From a virus (Duplodnaviria; Caudoviricetes), in the IMG/VR virus record IMGVR_UViG_3300036790_000395, positions 1-61,963 of that record: a stretch of 61,963 nt of DNA, one strand, 5' to 3'. Positions 26,356-36,163 of this stretch are shown piece by piece. A program made the translations under genes and the position numbers. The notes under the pieces are model-generated. The model had not been told where the DNA came from, did not search any database, and saw only the letters and a program-made list of their open reading frames with translations. Numbering within the stretch: the first letter of the stretch is position 1; each line of letters begins with the position of its first letter.

Positions 26356-26759
26356 GCTTCTGTGTAGACTCTCCATCAGACTAGCTATCTACTACTTAGT
26401 AGTAACTTCCCGCAAACTCAGGTAGTGGTCAGACAGGTGCCTTTCGAATGTACTGTGCCACTGACGGTCTAATTTGCATACGCTGTGCTAATGACCGCTC
26501 GTCGGGCTTCGCCCGCCTCGCGCTATCGCCTGCGGTTGCGGTTGCGCGCTGTCGGTTGCGCTAAGCGGCAGTGCCGCCCGTAGGACCGGAAGCTCGGAGC
26601 GCTATCGCCTGCGGTGCGACATGCTGGAGGTGTCTTTAGCACGGTGAAATCTGCTGATTCAGGCCGAAATGTTGGCTGCTGCCCTTCCCTTCCACCGTCG
26701 TGCGCCCTACTCTTATAGAGGATGGCACCGGGGCCGCCATAAACCTATAGGAGATACAG

Positions 26760-27131
26760 ATGTCATCAGCTTCCTTTTCAGACGTGCAGTCGTTGGTGAA
26801 CCAGATCCAGAACGATAATACGGCGCAGAACAACGCGATCTCGGCGCAGATCGGCGAAGTCAGCACCTTGCTGACGGATTATGCGGCCCGCGCGCAGCAA
26901 GGCAACCCCCCTAACGCAAGCGATCTGCAGCAAGTCGTCTCACAACTGCGGTCGGTCGATTCGTTGATCCAGTCGAACACCGCTAACGTGCAGGCTTCGG
27001 CGAATCAGGTCGCGTCGGCGGACCCGAACGCAGCAGCGAATCAGCAATCGACCGGCAGTCAGCAATCGTTTATTCCGTCGCAGAGCGGCCCGGCTACGCA
27101 GGCAGCTACCGGACAAACCACTACTTCTTAA
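26760..27131 (+). CDS. Gln/Ala/Ser-rich helical protein
   Basis: AGGAG Shine-Dalgarno; biased composition. Confidence 0.7.
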   Translation: MSSASFSDVQSLVNQIQNDNTAQNNAISAQIGEVSTLLTDYAARAQQGNPPNASDLQQVVSQLRSVDSLIQSNTANVQASANQVASADPNAAANQQSTGSQQSFIPSQSGPATQAATGQTTTS

Positions 27132-27333
27132 TCCAAGAGGAGATAGTTCGCGCGCTCGGGCCACTATTCAGCAAAGAGCGTGTTTTTCTCCTTCACCTCT
27201 ACGGGGGGGCGTTTTGCATCGTGACGCCTCCCCATTTTTGCGTATGCACAAACCTGCCGAAATTGCGCTTTTTTGTGAGAGGAAGGAGCGAGGAATCGCA
27301 CCTATCCAGCACTTCTCTATTAGAAGGCCCGTT

Positions 27334-27609
27334 ATGGAACTACAGAAGCAGATGATCCCGCTCGGAGTAGCGGCGATGGTGGGGTATGCTCTCTGCTCGC
27401 TGACTTACAACGCCGGGAGCAAGGTGCAGTCGGCGGATTCGAATGTGGCCTTCCTGACCGCGCGCGTCGATGGAGTCGAGAAGGTAGTCAAGGAGTCAAC
27501 CGACGACCGGAAGCTCGATCACGACTCGCTGATCAAACTGCAGGCCGATGACGATTCGATGAAGCAGTTGATCGCTCGTATTGACGCGCGCACAACGGCG
27601 GTGAAGTAA
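27334..27609 (+). CDS. Membrane-anchored coiled-coil protein
   Basis: One hydrophobic segment then heptads. Confidence 0.55.
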   Translation: MELQKQMIPLGVAAMVGYALCSLTYNAGSKVQSADSNVAFLTARVDGVEKVVKESTDDRKLDHDSLIKLQADDDSMKQLIARIDARTTAVK

Positions 27610-27791
27610 TGACCTCGAAGATCGATTCTGGCGGCGGGCACTTGCTGATCGTGCTCGCTATCTATCTGTCCGGTGTGGCTTTGTACCTTGCGCATGTGGA
27701 CTACGGCAAAGAGGTGATGGCGGGCGCTCTTGGCAGCTTGTGGACGCTGTTGCAACTCCGACGAGGCCAGCCCGCCGATCAGCACCAATAA
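27609..27791 (+). CDS. Small two-TM protein (holin-like)
   Basis: Two hydrophobic segments in 60 aa; TAATG coupling. Confidence 0.5.
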   Translation: MTSKIDSGGGHLLIVLAIYLSGVALYLAHVDYGKEVMAGALGSLWTLLQLRRGQPADQHQ

Positions 27792-27810
27792 GACTTTTAG
27801 GAGTAACATA

Positions 27811-28026
27811 ATGACCAAATTCATACAATTGCTATCAGCCATCCTACCGTTCGAAGAGGCAGTGTTGCCGATCTTCATTCATAACGCGCAGTCGCAGAAA
27901 GTTACCGGGATCATCATGGTTGGCGAGTCCATCGCGGCTTCGGTCGCAACCGAGATCACGGCGGCTAGTTTGGCGAGTGCGAAAGCACAGCCCGCTCCGG
28001 CTGCCGCCGCCACGACCGCCAACTAG
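27811..28026 (+). CDS. Small amphipathic protein
   Basis: AGGAG Shine-Dalgarno; MTKFIQLLSAILP. Confidence 0.55.
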   Translation: MTKFIQLLSAILPFEEAVLPIFIHNAQSQKVTGIIMVGESIAASVATEITAASLASAKAQPAPAAAATTAN

Positions 28027-28050
28027 AGTTCGTGTAGAGTCTACACGGAC

Positions 28051-30144
28051 TCAGCAGCAGCCCATCATCATCTGATTGTGTTGGTAGGCACCGACGCACG
28101 GCACCGCGCCGATGTCCTGCCCATCCGTGCCCGCCTGCCGTAAGCTCGTATTCTGAGGGGCGAACCCGGCACGAATCCAGGTCCATAAAAGCTTGATCGC
28201 ATCCACGTTCGATAGCTGGAGCGCCGTATTCGAGAAGGTGTTCGGTAATCCGTTCGCTCCCTGCGCTACGCCGTTGCGGATCGACTGCAGCGACGCGAGT
28301 TCCCAATACTGCCGCCACGTCGCGGCGGTTCCACCAGGGATCGAGCTACCCGGCTCGCTGCTCGCGGTGCTTTTCACGTGCGTCTGAATGCAGCGGAAGT
28401 TAACCACCGTCGCGCCGTAATATCCTGCGTTGTTGTTCGACACGATCTGCCCGACTGTGAAGGTGTCGGTTGAGCCATGCGACGCCCATGTGGAAGGGGC
28501 GACATTGCCGAGACAGACGGTATCGAAGGTCGGTGTATTCCGCGTCGTATCCACGAACATCGGATTGACGCCGTTCAGATCATGCACTCCCGGACTGCCG
28601 CTGAGCTTACTGATGTAGCCGTTCGCCTGACCCGTGCAGTTGGGCCGACCCACTATGCCGCCCGGCGTGGTGCTGAAGGCCGTCGTCAGCAGCACGTTCC
28701 ACTTACAATTGCGATCAGCGTTGGCCGGGAGATAGGCATTTTGGACCGGACTCGCCTGAAAGCCGTCATCCGAGATCAACCAGCCGCGAGGATTCACGTT
28801 GTAGGCCGGATAATCCCACGCAATGTTGCTCTTGAAGTTCAGAATCGAGCCTGCGCCGACCGCGCCGGTCTCGCTGTGATTCCAGCCCTGAATCCCGGAA
28901 AGGTAAGTACCGTGCTGATAGTCGGTCTGCGGCTTCGGAGCGCCGACTCCGAAATGCGTCACTGGTGTACCGGGATTATCGAAGACGCAATTCGGAATAT
29001 GCAGGCTGTTCTTCATCGTCATAGTGACGGTGGAAGCCGGGACACTAGCGGTAGTCAGGAAGCAGTCGCCTTCGTTATCCACATCGGTGCATTCAAAGAT
29101 GATGCCGTTGAAGGTCACATTGAAGTTGGCGCTGCCGAAACAGTAATGCGGGTTATTGGTGACTCCTGTGATATCGTGCTGATCGAACACCCACACGGTA
29201 TTACTGACATCTCCTGCTGGAATGGAGCCGCCCTGCCGCATCGTGCGGAAGAAGTTGTTCGTGAAGGTGGCCCACTTCAGAGAACTCGATGCAACGTTCA
29301 TCACCATGTCGAAGAAGAAGCAGGTCTGAAATGTCGCGCCTGCCATCGTGGTAGGAGACACCCCGGCCCCGCCGAAGTTCACGTCGAAGACGACGTTCGT
29401 GTAAGTAGCAAAGGCAGTGATCGCGGAGTTAAAGTTAGCCCCGAGCGAATTGATGAACAGTACGTTCGTGAAGGTCGCGGTTCCGTTCGCGGAGCTGATC
29501 TGCGACCCGCAACCGATTTGACCGCAGGTGTCAAACGTACAATTCGTGATCGATACGTTTACCTTGTTGACATTGAACGAGGCGTACCAACAGGTCATAG
29601 TAGCCGTGCCGATCCGCAGAAAGTTACACCAAGTCGCCGTGATGTTACCCGCCGCCGACGTGCCAACGATGCCCCCATTTCCACCATTCACATTCGATTG
29701 GAAGTAGCAGGGGTTCGCTTGTGCGCCGTTCGCCACGAGGCTGAGGCCATAAACAAATCCGCCAGTGTTATTAAAGAACCTATAATTTACCGCGAATGGG
29801 CTGGCTTCCTGCGAGGCGTCAAATTCGAAGATCGACCCTGCGTTGAGCGTCAGGCCCGTAACCACGTTGGCAAAGCCGGTATTTGCGTAGAGATCGCCTC
29901 GGCAAGTGAGCTTCACACCCGCCGCAATGGTGAGAGTCCCGCCCGTGCCGAGCTGAATAGCTGCCGGGTTGCCGCCGCTGGCCCAATTCCCGTTCGACGC
30001 GCCGACCGTCGTATTGACATCGACCACGACGGGCCGCGTGAGCACAACCGTATCGCCGTTCTTCGGAACTACTCCACCTGACCAAGTGGAAGTTGCCGAC
30101 CAGTTGCCGCCGACGCCGCTCGTTGTGGAATTGATCGCCGCCAT
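28051..30144 (-). CDS. Large beta-rich (beta-helix-like) protein, possible tail spike or surface protein
   Basis: GNWSATSTWSGGVVP...GDTVV N-terminus; Asn/Thr/Gly-rich repeats; DGQDIGA C-terminus. Confidence 0.65.
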   Translation of the reverse strand: MAAINSTTSGVGGNWSATSTWSGGVVPKNGDTVVLTRPVVVDVNTTVGASNGNWASGGNPAAIQLGTGGTLTIAAGVKLTCRGDLYANTGFANVVTGLTLNAGSIFEFDASQEASPFAVNYRFFNNTGGFVYGLSLVANGAQANPCYFQSNVNGGNGGIVGTSAAGNITATWCNFLRIGTATMTCWYASFNVNKVNVSITNCTFDTCGQIGCGSQISSANGTATFTNVLFINSLGANFNSAITAFATYTNVVFDVNFGGAGVSPTTMAGATFQTCFFFDMVMNVASSSLKWATFTNNFFRTMRQGGSIPAGDVSNTVWVFDQHDITGVTNNPHYCFGSANFNVTFNGIIFECTDVDNEGDCFLTTASVPASTVTMTMKNSLHIPNCVFDNPGTPVTHFGVGAPKPQTDYQHGTYLSGIQGWNHSETGAVGAGSILNFKSNIAWDYPAYNVNPRGWLISDDGFQASPVQNAYLPANADRNCKWNVLLTTAFSTTPGGIVGRPNCTGQANGYISKLSGSPGVHDLNGVNPMFVDTTRNTPTFDTVCLGNVAPSTWASHGSTDTFTVGQIVSNNNAGYYGATVVNFRCIQTHVKSTASSEPGSSIPGGTAATWRQYWELASLQSIRNGVAQGANGLPNTFSNTALQLSNVDAIKLLWTWIRAGFAPQNTSLRQAGTDGQDIGAVPCVGAYQHNQMMMGCC

Positions 30145-30146
30145 AT

Positions 30147-30512
30147 TTATGCAGGCGTCGTGCCGTAATTCACTACCACTTGAGCCGCCGCGACTGCCGT
30201 TGTATCCGTGTCGGCCATACCGCCCGTGATCGCGAAGGCGAACCCGTTCGAGAGCTTGATGCCGCCGCCCGGTACGTTGCTGCCTGCGCCGTTCAGGTTG
30301 CCGGGAATCAAGAAGACGAGCTTCGGTACATCGGTGCCGACTGTCGGCGCTGACGCCTTGTCGTAGATCTTGAAATACGCAGGCGTCGAGCCGATCTGCC
30401 CCAACGAAAGCATGTTGATCAGTGTCGCGACGCTCGTAACAGAGGTCGCATTCGTGGTCGCTGCCGATATCAGTTTGTTGGGAGTGTAGGGTGCGGGAGG
30501 GATATAAGACAT
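30147..30512 (-). CDS. Small beta-rich virion-type protein
   Basis: ISAATTNATSV...YFKIYDKASAPTVGTDVP...GIKLSNG. Confidence 0.65.
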   Translation of the reverse strand: MSYIPPAPYTPNKLISAATTNATSVTSVATLINMLSLGQIGSTPAYFKIYDKASAPTVGTDVPKLVFLIPGNLNGAGSNVPGGGIKLSNGFAFAITGGMADTDTTAVAAAQVVVNYGTTPA

Positions 30513-30522
30513 CGTTCAGCTC

Positions 30523-30948
30523 CTAGAAGATCCACCATGTACTCGTCGCCGATTCCCAATGCAGCTCATAGGCCGTGTTGGTCGGCACATTCACCGTCGA
30601 ATTACCCTCGATGTTCTGGCCGCTGTTCGCCGCCAAGGTGCAGGTGTTACCCGATGTAGAGTCTACACGCTTGAACTGAACCACCTGATACTGACTCGGT
30701 GTAACGGGCATGGTATCGGTGACCGAGTTGCTCGCGGCGCTGCAGACTATCACTCCGTCCGAAGTGGTCATCAGATCCGTCGCAGCCGTGACGCGCCGTA
30801 GGGTAGCGCTCGCGCCCCCTCCTCCCCCGCCTGACGAGGGCTGCTGAATCCCGCCGCCGAGATCCTGCGCGTACACAATGCCGAGAGTGACGAGGATAGT
30901 CGCGAGCAGCAACAATAACGGACTGTTGAGTTTTATTGGACGGTCCAT
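30523..30948 (-). CDS. Signal-peptide-bearing fibre-like domain protein
   Basis: LLLLLATILVTLGIVYA-Q; FKRVDS...GQNIEG...WWIF. Confidence 0.65.
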   Translation of the reverse strand: MDRPIKLNSPLLLLLATILVTLGIVYAQDLGGGIQQPSSGGGGGGASATLRRVTAATDLMTTSDGVIVCSAASNSVTDTMPVTPSQYQVVQFKRVDSTSGNTCTLAANSGQNIEGNSTVNVPTNTAYELHWESATSTWWIF

Positions 30949-31340
30949 GTCACTACGCCCCCGACAGTCGGTGAAGTTCCGGTGATCACTAAGCAGACTG
31001 CCGCTCCGCTCGGCGCGAACGGTCCGGCGACCGGCCCTGGCGAGATCGCGAAGGTCACGACGTTCTGATACGCGCCGGTGATATTCGCGGTGCCCGTCCC
31101 GCAGTTACTCCCTGTTCCTGACACCAACTGCACCGTGATAGCGACCGAGGAACTCAGCGATAAATGACAGATGCGTATCTGCTGGCCGGTCACGAGCGGA
31201 ACAATCTGCGAAGTACCGGCAGCCGCGACACTGATAGCAGCCTGCCCTGAACAGACGCCGGTCGAGGTTCCTTGCGCGAAGAGGCCGGGGCACCATAACA
31301 GGAGGGCGGCGACTGCTGCGAGGAGGCGTAAACGTACCAT
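30933..31340 (-). CDS. Signal-peptide-bearing beta-sandwich protein
   Basis: RLRLLAAVAALLLWCPGLFA-Q; GTGSNCGTG. Confidence 0.65.
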   Translation of the reverse strand: MVRLRLLAAVAALLLWCPGLFAQGTSTGVCSGQAAISVAAAGTSQIVPLVTGQQIRICHLSLSSSVAITVQLVSGTGSNCGTGTANITGAYQNVVTFAISPGPVAGPFAPSGAAVCLVITGTSPTVGGVVTWTVQ

Positions 31341-31412
31341 TCCCTCTCAGCCTAGACCCGAGCGGGCGACCGGCGCTAGGGGGTGAATGAAGATTTCGGT
31401 CGAACTCGGCGG

Positions 31413-31712
31413 TTATTTTGGTAGCCCGATCCCTCGGATGCCATCCGGCCCGATGCGCGTGTTGCCGCGTGTAGAGTCTACACGGGAGATGCCGGACGCG
31501 CCCTGAAAGGCTGATCGGCCAGCCGTGCGGAACAGCAGCCCCGCTGCTTGGTCTTCACGATACGCGCGGATAAGCTGCTGTATCTCATTCTGCAACGCAG
31601 CTAGCTTCTCTGTTTGTCTGAAGTCGCCGCGCTCCCGCGCCAGCGTGATGTAGATATCGAGCGACTGCGCGTCTCGATCCAGCTTATTGATAAGCCGTTG
31701 TACTTCCTTCAT
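31413..31712 (-). CDS. Hypothetical protein
   Basis: ORF collinear with its neighbours. Confidence 0.5.
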   Translation of the reverse strand: MKEVQRLINKLDRDAQSLDIYITLARERGDFRQTEKLAALQNEIQQLIRAYREDQAAGLLFRTAGRSAFQGASGISRVDSTRGNTRIGPDGIRGIGLPK

Positions 31713-31730
31713 TGCAAAAGTCTCTAACCG

Positions 31731-31940
31731 TCACCATGTCTGCCACGGAGCCTCCTTAACGATATGCAGCTTGTCGCCGATGATCCTGGCGTGGAAGAAC
31801 GCTTTCACCCGACTGCCCATCAGCCGGTCGAGCTTGCGCGTTACCGGGAACAACTCTTCAAGGGATTTATCTTTATTGCTGACGTGCGCTTCGAGTACGC
31901 GCGAGTTGGTCGAGAGCGGCATCTGTACCTTGACGATCAC
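31731..31940 (-). CDS. Hypothetical protein
   Basis: MIVKVQMPL...KAFFHA...WQTW; GTGA overlap. Confidence 0.6.
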   Translation of the reverse strand: MIVKVQMPLSTNSRVLEAHVSNKDKSLEELFPVTRKLDRLMGSRVKAFFHARIIGDKLHIVKEAPWQTW

Positions 31941-32956
31941 CCTGCGCTCCCCGGCTTCCAGAACGGCTCGATCCAGATCCGCTTATGCAGGCTCAGCTTC
32001 GGCCCGTGCGCCTGCTCCCGGTAATGCCCGCGTACCCAATGCGACATCGGGCTGGCATGCGTTCCGCCGTGATCTACGCTCTCGCGCCGCAGCCGGTAAT
32101 CCCCGCCAATCACTGCCGGACTCCAGAACTCGCGGGGCCGGTCGCTGCCTTTCTTCGCCGCAACTTTCTTCTCCAAGACCGAATGCCGCAGCAGATCAGG
32201 GCGCGCTTCGAGTAGCACCAGCAGGCCGAAGATCATGTGCGCGACCTTCGCGCCGAATGCGGTATCGGCTAGCGTGGTAGTGGGCGAACTCAGCCAACCG
32301 GATGAATGCGAATTCTCGTCAAAGCGCAGCGCCATTGCGTCGAGCTTCGTCAGGTCTACTTTAGGGATTGCGTTATACGGGATGTTCCAGTGGTGGAAAT
32401 ACTCATTGGTCTTCGCCATCAGCGTCATTGCGCCGTTCACCGATGCCCATGTACACGGCCCGTATGGGATGAAGCTCGGCGTATCGACGCCGATCTTATG
32501 CTGCGCGAAGCTAATGAAGGAAGCCTCGCCTTCTTCGGGATGGATCAGAAAGCCTTTCGGCAGCATGAACGTCATGCTTGGCAGCGGCAGCGGATTGGCC
32601 GCGAAGTCGAACTCGATAGGCGGCACCGTCTGCCGTACCGCTTCCGCGAGATCGCGCCCGACCCAATAGGTCGGCACGTGGTACTTGACCGCCTGCACGG
32701 CCCATAGCATCTCGTACTTCTCGCTCTCGCCCACGAAGTCCATCTCGATCTTCTTCGCGATGCCGTAGATCTCGCGGGAGACCTCTTTGGGCGAGTAGTA
32801 TTCGTTCGGCTTATAGTCGCTGTAAATCTTGGGATAGCAGCGATGCCAGAGTTCGCTATCGTGGCACTCGACAAACGCCCACATCTTGCGCCGCTCTGCA
32901 ATCGATATGTCTGCTTCTTTAACCAGCTCTTGCGTCAGGAAAAGATTATCGTCCAC
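31937..32956 (-). CDS. Hypothetical phage protein
   Basis: C-terminal HASPMSHWVRGHYREQ...IWIEPFWK motif common in phage proteins. Confidence 0.75.
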   Translation of the reverse strand: MDDNLFLTQELVKEADISIAERRKMWAFVECHDSELWHRCYPKIYSDYKPNEYYSPKEVSREIYGIAKKIEMDFVGESEKYEMLWAVQAVKYHVPTYWVGRDLAEAVRQTVPPIEFDFAANPLPLPSMTFMLPKGFLIHPEEGEASFISFAQHKIGVDTPSFIPYGPCTWASVNGAMTLMAKTNEYFHHWNIPYNAIPKVDLTKLDAMALRFDENSHSSGWLSSPTTTLADTAFGAKVAHMIFGLLVLLEARPDLLRHSVLEKKVAAKKGSDRPREFWSPAVIGGDYRLRRESVDHGGTHASPMSHWVRGHYREQAHGPKLSLHKRIWIEPFWKPGSAG

Positions 32957-32981
32957 TCATCACCGTTCAGCTTTTGTTGAA

Positions 32982-33869
32982 TTATAACTCTACTTCGCCG
33001 TTCACCAGCGCTAGTACGTCTTCGTTCAGTTTATCCCGCTGCTGCAGGTGGACCGTCCATCCATGCATATACAGAATCCCGGTACTTTTCAGGCGTCTCC
33101 ACTCATTCATCAGGATCTTCTCTGGCATGAGTTTCTTGAAGGCGACCCACAACATGCGGCCCCGGTGGAACTCCTTGAGTAGTTCTGTAGTCCAGTACGG
33201 GATAGAGTCGCTCATCACCCGCGCAACCGCCGCCCAATCCGACTCGTCAACCGGCCTATCGTACAGGTAAGCCCGCCGCGCCGCGAGCGCTATTAGGGAT
33301 CGAACGAGCGTCTCCCAATCCCGCAGCGATGGCGACAACCGCTGCAGCAGCTCGCTCCAATACAACAGCGATCTCGGCGGGTCCGGCAACGTCAGCGGCG
33401 GCTGGCCGCGCCAACGGGTATCGAGCGCCCGCTTGGTAGCCTCCCTCAGACGCAGCACACCAGCCTCATTCACCGGCACCGTCGCCGGGTTCTTCACCCG
33501 CAGGCGCGAACACCTTTGCAGCAGATACGGATACAGCCTCGGTCGCGTAAACACCGGCAGCGTGTAGTTCGGCTCGACGAACACCTTCGGCCCTTTTTCG
33601 TTCAGCACCCGCATCAGGATGTCGCCCGCTTTCCGGGAGTGCATGACGCGCATCATCGGCAGCGGGATCACTTCCGCGCCCTGCAGGTTGAACCATGCCT
33701 GCTCGGTATTGAGGCTATAGTACGTGGTCTCGACGATGAGCCACGGATACGGCAGCGGGCATTCCACCTGCGCGGCCAGCAGGATTTCTATCGCCAGCCG
33801 GTCGCTCACCCCGTAATCGGCATTGACGGTTAACCAGCAATCTTCGACTCGTTCTTCAAAAGAGATCAT
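32982..33869 (-). CDS. Probable inactivated paralog of the AAA+ ATPase
   Basis: PWLIVE and VDESDW...SDSIP resemble VWLMLIG and VDEEDSW...FDSLP of 14973-16160; no Walker A. Confidence 0.55.
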   Translation of the reverse strand: MISFEERVEDCWLTVNADYGVSDRLAIEILLAAQVECPLPYPWLIVETTYYSLNTEQAWFNLQGAEVIPLPMMRVMHSRKAGDILMRVLNEKGPKVFVEPNYTLPVFTRPRLYPYLLQRCSRLRVKNPATVPVNEAGVLRLREATKRALDTRWRGQPPLTLPDPPRSLLYWSELLQRLSPSLRDWETLVRSLIALAARRAYLYDRPVDESDWAAVARVMSDSIPYWTTELLKEFHRGRMLWVAFKKLMPEKILMNEWRRLKSTGILYMHGWTVHLQQRDKLNEDVLALVNGEVEL

Positions 33870-33935
33870 TTTCGACTTTTATTGTGGGCGCGCATGTTGC
33901 AATGCCGTCAAGAGCGCGCGAACATTTTAAGTGAA

Positions 33936-34535
33936 ATGCCACTGCCTTCGAAGTTGACCTACAACGATCTCTCGGGCGATGAGATCAAACACGTCCTGGT
34001 CGAGCGCTTCAAGGCGAAGCTCGACGAGGTGCCGTATCTTCAGAAGCACATTACCCTGCCGCGCGTGCGGATGGATCTGAGCGTCATTCTGACGCAATTC
34101 GCCGATCAGGACCAAACCGAGACGCCGCTGGAGATCTTCGATCAGGTCGAGGTGCTCTCCGATACGGTCGATGCCTCCCGGCGCGGCTTGAAGCCGGACC
34201 AGATCCGCGAGTCTTCTGGATTGCCGATCCCGACGCCGATCCGCGATCAGTTCGGCGTGCGCGATGAAATGGTGCCAACCGACAACCGGCAGGTCGTACC
34301 GCCGCCGACTACCGCGCGCCGCGTCGAGAACGCCCGCATGACGATGGCGAACGGCGCAGTGATAGACCGGACCGGCGACACTCCGCAAGGCCGTGAATCG
34401 ACCGTCGTAACGCAGGACTTCGGCCCGGCTGGCTTATCGCACGGCAACTTCAACCGGCCCGAGATGGACTGGCGCAACACCGGCCAGCGGGACGGCGGCA
34501 GAGTAGCCCCGCCGCGTCTGCCGGATAAGGAGTAG
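33936..34535 (+). CDS. Hypothetical protein
   Basis: First gene of the rightward late operon. Confidence 0.65.
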   Translation: MPLPSKLTYNDLSGDEIKHVLVERFKAKLDEVPYLQKHITLPRVRMDLSVILTQFADQDQTETPLEIFDQVEVLSDTVDASRRGLKPDQIRESSGLPIPTPIRDQFGVRDEMVPTDNRQVVPPPTTARRVENARMTMANGAVIDRTGDTPQGRESTVVTQDFGPAGLSHGNFNRPEMDWRNTGQRDGGRVAPPRLPDKE

Positions 34536-34537
34536 AC

Positions 34538-35074
34538 ATGGTGATCGACTTAATCCGCAACGCTATGGAGGTGTTTACGCGACACGAGAAAATGCACACC
34601 GGCACGCTGGTCGAATACACGCCGCGCGAGGGCGAGCAGTCCTATCCGGCTGTCGTGATGCAGGAATGGCCGGACGGCAGCCTGCAACTGTATGCGCTGC
34701 ACTTCGAGAACTCGCATCAAGTGCGCAGCGCTCATCCTTCGCAGGTGAAGCCGATCTTGGACCCGCGCCATATCGTCGCGCTGATGGTGCAGTACGACCA
34801 GCACGATCAACGATTAGCCGTTCTGGAGAAGCAGGTGGACACTCTACTGGCGCATATCCGCGATTTGACGAGCGCTAAGGAGACGGCCAAACCGGCTCGT
34901 GTAGAGTCTACACGGGAACTGCCAAATGCCTCTCCCGCTGCCGCCTCTCCCGCCCTGGAGGAGAACCCGGATGCCCTACCTCAGACCGGCACGGTCGTTC
35001 CTGAAGGCGCGGATCAAGCCGTCGAAGAGAAGAAGCCGCGCAAAGCCAGTTGGGCATCCAAATCAACGACATGA
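34538..35074 (+). CDS. Hypothetical protein
   Basis: AAGGAG Shine-Dalgarno. Confidence 0.65.
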   Translation: MVIDLIRNAMEVFTRHEKMHTGTLVEYTPREGEQSYPAVVMQEWPDGSLQLYALHFENSHQVRSAHPSQVKPILDPRHIVALMVQYDQHDQRLAVLEKQVDTLLAHIRDLTSAKETAKPARVESTRELPNASPAAASPALEENPDALPQTGTVVPEGADQAVEEKKPRKASWASKSTT

Positions 35075-35562
35075 GTCTGATCAGCTTCACCCGCAATCTC
35101 GAAGCGAAGCATCTGCCCGAGCAGTGCGCCGAAGTGATCGCGATCCTATCCCGTATAGCAGACGCTTTAGAGCGGCTCGCCGGTCCTATGCCAACGGCCC
35201 GCGGCACGGTACAGTACAAAGCCGATCTGAAAGATTTGATCCAGCCCGAGAGCGAGACGGCGGATGCCATCAACCACGAATTGGAGCTGTTCGCGAATAA
35301 CGCCAACGTGCAGATCGACAGCGAAGCCTTCATCAAATCTATAATCGAGTATGAAAAGCAGGTAATGGATGTCTACGGAAAAGACGCGATCCTCGAACTC
35401 CCGTGGAACAAAGCGGCGGGCGGGAGCCTCTTCCAAGCTGACGCTGGTCAAAGAGATGCGCAGCCGCAAGGCGCGCGCCGCACAGCCGACCGAGAACCCC
35501 CGCCCGGTGGCCCACAAGAAGAGGGGCAAGCGGGAGGAGACGCAGTTAACGAGGCTGAGTGA
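35071..35562 (+). CDS. Hypothetical protein
   Basis: ATGA overlap with the upstream gene. Confidence 0.6.
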   Translation: MSLISFTRNLEAKHLPEQCAEVIAILSRIADALERLAGPMPTARGTVQYKADLKDLIQPESETADAINHELELFANNANVQIDSEAFIKSIIEYEKQVMDVYGKDAILELPWNKAAGGSLFQADAGQRDAQPQGARRTADREPPPGGPQEEGQAGGDAVNEAE

Positions 35563-36163
35563 CGGCTGCTCGACGCTGCTCTCTATCGCCTTCCGCAAGA
35601 TCGAGCCGACTTGGCGCAACTACATCGAGTACGCCGCCTACGCCGCCAAAGAGGGCGACGAGGATATGCAGAAGGTGGTCGATGTCTATAACGCGCTGCC
35701 GCCCAAAGAGAAGCACACGATCATGCCGGAGCAAGTCTGTTCACTCGCCGGTATCCTGCCGGGCCTGCTGGTTGCCGCCGTCAGCCGCTATTATTGGGAG
35801 AACCGGCATGCCGAGAGCGTCATCAGCATTTCGACCGAGCACCCCAAGGTATTAGACGCGACCGCGCTGTTTGCGAAGACGCTGCTGCACGCCGAGAAGG
35901 ACCGCGAACTGTTCTTCCGGCTGAGCGGATCGCTGCCCGATAAGAAGGGGGCGTCGATTGTGATCAATGCCAATCCGCAGTTCGCGAACGTGAGCAATTC
36001 CCCGTCGCCCGCTGGCGCGAATGGGTTTCGACCGATGGATCAACGAGTGATTGAGATGGGCAAGTTGCTGGACTCGCCCGATGAGGACAACATAGTATCC
36101 GTGCCGCTGTTTGGACAAAACACGGCAGATGTACTCCCCGAAAACGATACAGCAGAAGATTGA
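35369..36163 (+). CDS. Putative terminase small subunit (true start probably further downstream)
   Basis: Position directly upstream of and overlapping terL. Confidence 0.45.
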   Translation: MSTEKTRSSNSRGTKRRAGASSKLTLVKEMRSRKARAAQPTENPRPVAHKKRGKREETQLTRLSDGCSTLLSIAFRKIEPTWRNYIEYAAYAAKEGDEDMQKVVDVYNALPPKEKHTIMPEQVCSLAGILPGLLVAAVSRYYWENRHAESVISISTEHPKVLDATALFAKTLLHAEKDRELFFRLSGSLPDKKGASIVINANPQFANVSNSPSPAGANGFRPMDQRVIEMGKLLDSPDEDNIVSVPLFGQNTADVLPENDTAED

